Assembly: GCA_054600435.1 (NCBI GenBank)
Contig: BAAIJX010000046.1
Location: 124,001 to 179,155, forward strand
Length of the DNA: 55,155 bases
DNA from: Neophaeotheca triangularis
Taxonomy: Eukaryota
Reading direction: 5' to 3'
The position numbers and the translations under genes are program-made. Positions 47,552-55,155 of the stretch are shown piece after piece (within the stretch, counting starts at the first letter, position 1; every line of letters begins with the position of its first letter). The notes under the pieces were generated by a model. The model was not told the DNA's origin. It made no database searches and worked only from the letters and a program-made list of their open reading frames with translations.

Positions 47552-49648
47552 ATGCCTCCTCCAACAGCTCACCAACCGAGCGGTGACGCCAAGGAGACGG
47601 CGACTTCAGGAGAGAGCATAAGCGTGTCTAAGACAGCTGCAAAGAGACCTGCAGCACCTCAAGATGACATGCCAGACGAACGAGCGCGCAAAGCAGCCAA
47701 GAATAAAAAACGCTCTCTAAATGGCGAAGCATCTACGTTGGACCCCCGCTCCACGACATCGACGCCCCCTCCAGCTTCCAACAGACCAAGGGTCATGCTC
47801 CCAGATGCCACCACGGACGTCCGCACCCCTCAGCCTGTTCCCCGCGATCGCGCTCGCTCGTCCCAAGTCTCTACGCTTCGAGAAGAAATGAAGCAGCTCC
47901 AGATCGACACCGAAGCCAAGATGAGGAAGCTGGGGCAGGACATGATCTTGCAGAAGATGATGCATCAAAAGCAGGTAGCAAAACTCACGGAAGAGAACAT
48001 GAAACTGTTGAGCCGTAACATGAAGCAGGATGCTTTGAACCGTGAGACTGTTGAGCAGTTGAACAGCCAGATTGCTTCTCAGCGTGAGGGTCTTTTGAAT
48101 GCTGAAGCCGATTCGGCCGCGCTCGTGACCGAAGCAGAGCACATGGACCGAGTGTTGCAGATGATGCATGAGGACGTAGCTGAGTTGAGACGCATCGAGA
48201 ACGAGGAATCGCAACGAAGGCTAAACGCTGCGAGCGGTTTGCCTCCAGCATACGGGAGCCTCGACGAAGAAGACCAACTCCCTCCATGGCGTAGTTATGA
48301 AGACTCAGGCATCGCGGACATCGCCACCCTTAAACGCGACGTGCGGGAGGTTTTCGACACAAGCTACCATCAAGCGATTTTTGAAGCGAAGCAAATGCGT
48401 GAAGGGCACACCGACGGCAGTGCTATAGACCGGAAACTCTTGGCAGAAAGCCATCTTCTAGTATCAATTTCGCAAGCTCTATCGACGGTGTGCAGCCGGC
48501 TACAAGAAGCATTGAACCGTGCGCCGGATATCAACGTTCTTCATCAGCAGCTCGTGACCAAGGACGGAATGTCTACAGAAAATCAGATCAAGACTCAGAC
48601 TCGCAAAACCGCTTTCATAGCCGATCGCATAACAAAACTCATCATCGATCTTTGCTGGCGCACTCTAGCGGCGCTAGAGATTAGGCCCACCTCGCCCAAA
48701 TTGACCACGACTCAGAAAGCCCGTGTCAAACTTGCGTACGCCCAGCTCGACAATACGCTGTACGCCGCGCTCACAACCTCCTTCAATCTTCGCCCAAGCC
48801 CGGCACAATCACAGCTTCCTTCGACTTCCGACGCCGATCCCAACGCTCCCACTAATAAAGCTGCCGAAGCCACCGCTAGAGAGGAAAAAGTTTGGACTCT
48901 GCATGCTTTCGATGCGCAACTCACCGCTCTCCTTTCTCGCTTGGTCGTCCCTTACACGCAACTGACCCGGGACCGTCACCCTCTACGTGGCGTCTTCTTC
49001 CCAAGGACTCTGGAGTGGATCGGTGACACAATCGACAAAGAGCGCGAATTGGCAGCTCACATACGTGATGCGCCAGCAGTCTCACGTCCTGCAAACGCGC
49101 CTCGTAACAATCAAGCAAATGCACTGCCAATCCCACGGCCCGCAGACGCACCTCGCAACAATCGAATAGACGCGCAACCACCTCGTCCACAGCCACCTGT
49201 GTCTGAAGGGCCAACGATGAGAGAAGCAGCCGGCGCAATCGGGCGGCAGCACCGTCTAGCCGGCGTAGAGGCAGTGCCTCCGGGGCCAACATCAAACCAG
49301 CCCCAAATCGGGCGCCCCACCCCCCTTTCCGTCCAACTAGCTCATGCCGAAACGCGGTACGCACGTCTAAACTCCCCTAGCCTGGCTGAGTGGGACGCCT
49401 TGGAAGAACTGCGGGAGCGCGCTGAAGAAGAGGAAGCTGCCGAGGGAGGAGCTACAGAGGTAGAATCACCGCCCCCTACTCCTCCAACGCGAACAAGACC
49501 GCCGCCCCCTCGTCCTCAACCTGGTGTCGAAAGACCGCCGCCCCGAAGGCAATTGAGAGCGCGAGGTGAGTTTTCCCTCGTTACTGAGATTCGGTGCAAT
49601 GCCGTTTATCAGGAAGCTCTGATGATATTATTGGGGGAACCAATTTAA
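47552..49648 (+). CDS. Hypothetical coiled-coil protein with Pro-rich termini. 3' end uncertain (likely intron donor GTGAGT at 49566)
   Basis: Open frame of about 700 codons with a heptad-rich segment (LREEMKQLQ...VAELRRIE) and an LPPAY motif. No recognisable family. Confidence 0.7.
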   Translation: MPPPTAHQPSGDAKETATSGESISVSKTAAKRPAAPQDDMPDERARKAAKNKKRSLNGEASTLDPRSTTSTPPPASNRPRVMLPDATTDVRTPQPVPRDRARSSQVSTLREEMKQLQIDTEAKMRKLGQDMILQKMMHQKQVAKLTEENMKLLSRNMKQDALNRETVEQLNSQIASQREGLLNAEADSAALVTEAEHMDRVLQMMHEDVAELRRIENEESQRRLNAASGLPPAYGSLDEEDQLPPWRSYEDSGIADIATLKRDVREVFDTSYHQAIFEAKQMREGHTDGSAIDRKLLAESHLLVSISQALSTVCSRLQEALNRAPDINVLHQQLVTKDGMSTENQIKTQTRKTAFIADRITKLIIDLCWRTLAALEIRPTSPKLTTTQKARVKLAYAQLDNTLYAALTTSFNLRPSPAQSQLPSTSDADPNAPTNKAAEATAREEKVWTLHAFDAQLTALLSRLVVPYTQLTRDRHPLRGVFFPRTLEWIGDTIDKERELAAHIRDAPAVSRPANAPRNNQANALPIPRPADAPRNNRIDAQPPRPQPPVSEGPTMREAAGAIGRQHRLAGVEAVPPGPTSNQPQIGRPTPLSVQLAHAETRYARLNSPSLAEWDALEELRERAEEEEAAEGGATEVESPPPTPPTRTRPPPPRPQPGVERPPPRRQLRARGEFSLVTEIRCNAVYQEALMILLGEPI

Positions 49649-51723
49649 CTCTCGAGGATGTAGATGCGCCCAATGCTGGACACTAGTGGTTCCCACCCTT
49701 GCCTCGGTGACAGCGTATGGGGAGTTGGGAAGAGGATATTGCACTCTCCTTGAGCAGACTAGCATGAAACGGTAGGTACCGGGTATTTCACTGCTCACGC
49801 TTTCTTGTTTGCCTTCTTTGTATCTTCCCTGGCGGAGATACTGGAGCAATCTCACGCCCCTTGCGGACATTGCTGACTGCTAGCAGCGGAGATGCAAGAG
49901 ACTATTGCGTCGCCAGGTCTGTTGCAAGAACGGGCGTTGTCTTTCCTAGCGCTGCCCTTGCACGAATGCAAAAGCCACTGTCCTCTTCCCGCACACTTTA
50001 TTGCGTTGCGCAGCAGCCTCGCCTAGGTAATGTGCGGCACAAAAACATTGGGCAACGAGCAAGCATGAGTTATGAGCATGAAACTACGCAATATCGAGGA
50101 CCCCTCCACTATTCTACGGCTGCATATTGCCGTCTAGTCGATACGAGTAATAACACAAGAATTCCTTTCCCCCCCCTTCTCCTTTGTCTTATTTCCTTGA
50201 ACGGAGCCAATTAGCATTCTTATTCTCTGCTTTCGCAAAGTTTCTCGTTTCGAGCCAACCAGAGTCTTATCATTTGCTTTCACAAACTTACTTATATACT
50301 CGTGTACGCCTGGATTTCGTAGTGAAGCGTTGAAGAGCCTGGGGGAGGGGAATTTGTCCCGTTTATTTTCCAAACCTTTCAAAGACCTACCCACCTACGA
50401 ACAAGACAAGCGTATGCATTCCACCGGGAGACGTGCTGTTCTAGCCCCAGTGAGTGGCATCTCTCATAGCCAGCAAAGACCCCTCTTTCACGATCTTTTC
50501 CAAAGCGAACGGCTCAGGGCTTGCTCTCACTCCGCAACAAACCGTAAGCTAACAAGCACCTAGATGCGGTTATATCTCTTCCCCCACAACGCAGATTCCA
50601 ACAAAGAAAGCGGGCGTCAAAAGACACTCTCCCGCCCTCCTTTTCTCGCTACTGCGGTCGTCCTTGCTTTCATTCTCTCCCACCCCTTTCGATAACCGCC
50701 CTACCGGCTAGCCACCGTTGGTGCAAAAAAACAAAGCACCTCGGCTCGCGCGGGCAAAGGATTGGCTCGGGTTAACAAAGCAGGATCAAAGTCTCATTTT
50801 AGCTCTCGTTTCGGTTTTTTCTAATCGTCGTCGTTCTAGTATTCTTATGTACATTAAGCTCTACTTTTTGTCGTGGTCGTTGCTCGTTACGTGGCGTGGC
50901 GTGGCATGAAGGCGGCATGGCGTGGCGCGGCCCTGCCGCAGCGTTTTTCTTGAGAGAGGTTTGTGGCCTGCACTGGCTCTCTCTTCTTTCTTTCTTTCTT
51001 TCTTCTTTTTTTGGAATGAAAACTTTTCTCCAGCTTGGTTTGTGTGCTTCTGTTGATGGATGAAAGGGTGCTTTTGTCTCCTCGACCGGAATCGCTGGCG
51101 TCCGTATTTAGAGCTCAAAGGAAAACAGGTAAGGCTAGGAAAGGGCGTAGTTGTTGCGAGCCATGTCCATCCACGCATGACGCTTGCTCCAGAAGCGGCC
51201 AAGACAGCCGAGCGAGAGAGCGAGAGAGCGAGAGAGGGAAGGAGGGAAGGAGGGAGAGGGCATGTAGCGAGAGCTCCTCACGGTCCAGCCGCCGGCTCCA
51301 TCCTCTTCCTCTCTTGCTTGCCCTTCCCGGACTTCCACCACTCACAAGCGTGCTTCTCTCCGCCGCGAGGCCGAAAGACACCTAGACCCCTCGGTCTCCC
51401 TTGCCTCCGACGAGCCTCAGCCCCGGCCATGCACGATCCCGGATACGGAACCCCCGGCTGGACTGACTACCCCTGAAGCCCCCTGGAAAGCGAAGCGGAT
51501 CCGGGAGCGGGACATAACCGCACCATCCTCTGCCTCTTCGGAGACCGCGAGCGTCACGGCGAAGATCATGAGGTCCCGGACCCGGGGTAGCGGTTTCCTT
51601 TTGATTTTCACGGCGGAATAGCTTACGGGAGGCGCGAGTGAGGGCGCTGGAATAGGGGATATCTTGGACAGGGGGCGGCTGGTTTTGGATCTGACGAGGT
51701 TTTGGATCGCGAATCTTCAGTGG

Positions 51724-52878
51724 TCAAGGGTGCTGGAGATTGTTTGCGGAGACGGAGGAGGGATTTCGCGAGGGGGTGGGAAAGGAGCTGTCGAGGCTGC
51801 GAGGGCTGAAGGACAGGAGGGGAGGGGTGGGTGTGTGGTTCGGGGTCGAGGTTGTAGGTGTGGTTGGGTGGATGCCGTTGCTGGCGAGGAGCGTGCGCAG
51901 GGGTTCTGGGTAGGCGGAAGCTGTTGGCTCGGGTCTGCTGGATAGGAGGAGGTGGAGGAAGGTCAGGTGGATGGGGGTAGCGGGGTTGGGTGCGCTGGCG
52001 GTTTCGCAGAGGGCGAGGATGGCGACGGCGCTGACGAGGGCGTCGTCCGAGGGTCCGTTGTTGGAGACGGCGGTGCTGATGGCGTTGATGGCCAGGAGGC
52101 GGAATGTGGTTGGGTATGTTGTTGTCGTTTGCGTGGTCATGGAAGCGTGCGTGCTCGCGCAGTGGAGGAGGGAACAGAGCAGGGCCATGTTGTCTTGCGC
52201 CATGGTCCAGAGTTGTTCCCTCATGGCCATGTTGTCGGCGATGTATATGCCGGGTGGAAGGTAGGCATATGACGGATGGGGCGTCTCGGGCGCTAGGTGG
52301 GTGAAGTAATAATCAACGTGCCATTCAATGACGTCGTTACTCAGGTGATCGGATGGATAGGAGATTTGGCTCAAAGGGGTTGGCAGTAATTGATCTTGAC
52401 CGGGTTCATTCATCGATTGCATTGATCGGCATCGAATCTGCTCCTTGGGCTCTTGCTGTTGGGCATTGATTGGTGTTGGAAAGGTAACATCGTTCCAAGC
52501 CGAGGTCGTCCCTTTGGATAATGGGCTCACACTCTCTTTATTCGCTTCTTGGGGGCTCACCGAGGAAGCGCTCGATGGGGTGGAAGCTGATTCGGACGTG
52601 ATGGAAGCATTGCGAGAAGATAGAGAGCTGACTGAGGAAAGTGCTGGCTGGCTCCTACGTCGCTTCTGCTTTTCCTCTTTGATGCTCGCTTTCACCTTTG
52701 CAGCATCGCCCGTCTTTGCCAATTCTTTGGCAGCAATGGTCGCCTTTCGAACAGAAGCACTTGCCAAAGCGGCGTGTCTTCGAACTAGGAGCCTGTTCTG
52801 GGCTTCATCATTGGGGTCGACATCATGAGCAATGAATGACAGACCCGTCGGCTGCAGAGTTGGTGGCCGTTTGGGCAT
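51724..52878 (-). CDS. Hypothetical fungal-transcription-factor-like protein without a Zn cluster
   Basis: N-terminal FI...RLLVRRHA motif and a helical domain (ALLCSLLHCASTH, AINAISTAVS, DALVSAVAILA) typical of fungal TF-like proteins. Confidence 0.65.
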   Translation of the reverse strand: MPKRPPTLQPTGLSFIAHDVDPNDEAQNRLLVRRHAALASASVRKATIAAKELAKTGDAAKVKASIKEEKQKRRRSQPALSSVSSLSSRNASITSESASTPSSASSVSPQEANKESVSPLSKGTTSAWNDVTFPTPINAQQQEPKEQIRCRSMQSMNEPGQDQLLPTPLSQISYPSDHLSNDVIEWHVDYYFTHLAPETPHPSYAYLPPGIYIADNMAMREQLWTMAQDNMALLCSLLHCASTHASMTTQTTTTYPTTFRLLAINAISTAVSNNGPSDDALVSAVAILALCETASAPNPATPIHLTFLHLLLSSRPEPTASAYPEPLRTLLASNGIHPTTPTTSTPNHTPTPPLLSFSPRSLDSSFPTPSRNPSSVSANNLQHP

Positions 52879-53390
52879 GGTGTCGAAGGTGTCAATGGTG
52901 GTATGTGGATCCGGGCAACGAGGGACTAATGTAACTGATTGAGCGGTACATGAGACGAGGAAGGAATGATGAGGACTGGCAATTGTAAAAACGAGCACTC
53001 GCCAGGAAGTATATGGATATCAAGGTCCATGCAGAAGAAAGGGCTGGCTGGCCTTCTTAGATGCTGATTGCGCGTATTATTATTATCCTCGACGAGCCAA
53101 TTCGGAAATACTAACGTTAGTACGGACAGAGACGGTGATTGCAAAGATGCCGGGGGCGGAGCAGTTTAAAGCGGAAGCGGAAGCTTTGGGTAGTGTCCAC
53201 GTCTGGAGAAACAGGAAAAGGGCAGCAAGGCTTCTGGGCTTGTGAATGGTCCAGGCAGGATCGGGCCTGATAACTTTAATGAGAAGTTTAACGTCAACTT
53301 GGGCGAACATGGGCCATGGCGCGTCTCGATGCCCGGTGTCTCGATGTTTGCGGAGCCGTGAAACCTCCGGTAGGAGTGCTCGGAAGAAGA

Positions 53391-53394
<4 letters not shown>

Positions 53395-53421
<27 letters not shown>
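53395..53421 (+). repeat. (TAA)n microsatellite
   Basis: Read directly. Confidence 0.9.
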
Positions 53422-53422
<1 letters not shown>

Positions 53423-54060
53423 GACGTGACGAGAGCAAGCAGGGGGGAAAAAAAGACGTGGGGTATGGTGATTGACGAAAGGCGTGTTGCCATTAATACC
53501 AAGGCAAGAGAGGTATAGGTAGATAGTAGGGTACAGACAGAAGTTGTGTGAATGGGAACCGGACCTACCTAGGTACCTAGCAGTACAGTAGGTAAGCAGC
53601 GTCGAGGTCGGAGGAGGGCGAAGCGAGCTAGCATTAGCCTCAACAACTAACGACAAGACAAGGCGAATCTAATCCGTTAACAGTAGAACGCTTGAGTTTA
53701 AGCAGTCGGATGAAGCAGATTCCTTGGACGTAAAGGGAAGGCGACTAGCATCTTTGGCCGTATTCAGGTAAAGTGAGTAGTAATAAGTGATTACTAGTAG
53801 TGAGTGAGTGGGTGATTGATTCAGATGGGTAAAGTTAGGTTAGGTTAGGTTAGCCATGACAAAAAGCCGTCAAATGTCCTTTCCTGCACATGTAACTTGG
53901 ATGCAATTCATCATTAATCGTACCCACCTGCACCCTGAAGGTACTATCAATAATGACTACTGCCAACCTTGCGTCGATCGCTCTTGTTAATTTCGACCTG
54001 GAGATCTTCCGATCCAGTCAACAGCATCCTTTTTCATCATTATGTATAATGTATATTATT

Positions 54061-54228
54061 ACTCTTGACTCTTGACTCTTGACTCAACTCGGACGTTTAA
54101 CGGACCTTTTCTTTTCTTCCGAATTCTCCTTTTTTTCGCCAACGAGTGCATGTATCTATGTATCTATGTATACATGCATACATACATAAAGACACACATA
54201 CATACACACATACATACATATATATATA
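54061..54228 (+). repeat. (ACTCTTG)x3 followed by compound (TATG/TACA/TA)n low-complexity repeats
   Basis: Read directly. Confidence 0.75.
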
Positions 54229-55062
54229 CCGTTGCAATCGCGTTTGATCCTATTACTCTATACTAGTACCTCGTAATATTTGGATAGGTACTGTACTTTA
54301 CCTTGTGCTTTTCTTAAAACCATCTCTACTTACCTCCACTGGCCTGCAATAATATTGCTGAGTGTGAGACTACTACTACGAGGTACTACTGCTGAAGAGG
54401 ATGCCCTAGTCAAGGGCGGAGCCGACCGAGTCCCTGCCTCAGCCCTAGTCCATCAAAGTCTGGTACCACAATGCTGGCACTACCAAAACTCTCCTCGCCA
54501 ACGTCGGAACTGCCGTCGACTTCTTTCCGCACAACGGGCATTATTATTATTGTTTAAATTATTATCACTATCAACCAACGCCAATGAACAGGCTAAATTC
54601 AAATTGCATGCTGCATACCATATGGAAACAGGTCGGACTTCCAAAGTTCCCGAAACTACCGCCGTGCACTGTGGACCGTGGTCCGTGATAATGGCGCGCC
54701 TCGCGACATCCACATGCCCCTGCCAATCTTCACCGCTCTGGGTATTTACACAATAAGCTAGCGAGCCTACCGATTTTCACCTTCAAGATATCTTCTTCGT
54801 CCATCCCGCCCCCGACAGCCGTACCACTACCGTATGCGAGACCGACGGCACTGCGTATTATTACCGCGAGCGCAAAACACGTCCCCCTTATTACCGCCTC
54901 TCAACTACAAAGCAGCCGTTCAACCAATGACACATTTCCCGGAAGCTTCCATCTCCTCCTCAAGTAGGCACCTCCTAACTAACAACAGGATAGTCTCAAT
55001 CACCACAGCCAGCTATACGTTAACACCCCCCCAACCAGACGCGGAATCACGAGAGCGAAGAA

Positions 55063-55063
<1 letters not shown>

Positions 55064-55154
<91 letters not shown>
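55064..55154 (+). repeat. Poly-G homopolymer (about 91 nt) at the window end, likely a sequencing or assembly artefact
   Basis: Pure G run at the end of the sequence. Confidence 0.8.
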
Positions 55155-55155
55155 C

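Noticed and set aside
53834..53853. (TTAGG)x4 as an interstitial telomere
   Set aside because: Ascomycete telomeres are usually TTAGGG. The array is very short and resembles the other GGTA/TAGG promoter repeats
53000..55060. RIP-mutated transposon relic or short ORFs in the AT-richer right end
   Set aside because: Only microsatellites and promoter-like sequence. The ORFs derive from simple repeats, and there are no transposase or RT motifs
55064..55154. Poly-G run as a G-quadruplex or telomeric element
   Set aside because: A pure homopolymer at the sequence end is typical of sequencing or assembly artefacts, and no TTAGGG repeats are present

Overview
Gene-dense euchromatic DNA from a filamentous ascomycete, probably a Dothideomycete (inferred from gene content and short GT-AG introns with CTRAY branch sites). 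I can support about 18 protein-coding genes: Pbp1/ataxin-2, Bud6/Aip3, a GH79 glycosidase, a degenerate mitochondrial-carrier-like protein, a Zn2Cys6 transcription factor, glutathione reductase, an MFS sugar porter, a GH92 alpha-mannosidase, two amino-acid transporters, a DUF3984-like protein, malonyl-CoA:ACP transacylase, a divergent SPF45-like G-patch/UHM protein, an EamA transporter, a hotdog thioesterase and three hypothetical proteins. There are several microsatellites and a terminal poly-G run that is probably an artefact. I found no rRNA, tRNA, CRISPR array, intact transposon or secondary-metabolite cluster. The most notable hidden signal is in glutathione reductase: an in-frame, CUG-initiated N-terminal extension that looks like a mitochondrial presequence, plus a possible readthrough PTS1-like tail. 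Other signals are a C-rich to G-rich switch on the coding strand near the 3' end of many genes, a diverged duplicated intron-like unit at the left edge, and a 113-codon open extension past one TGA. All family calls come from motif recognition, not database searches.
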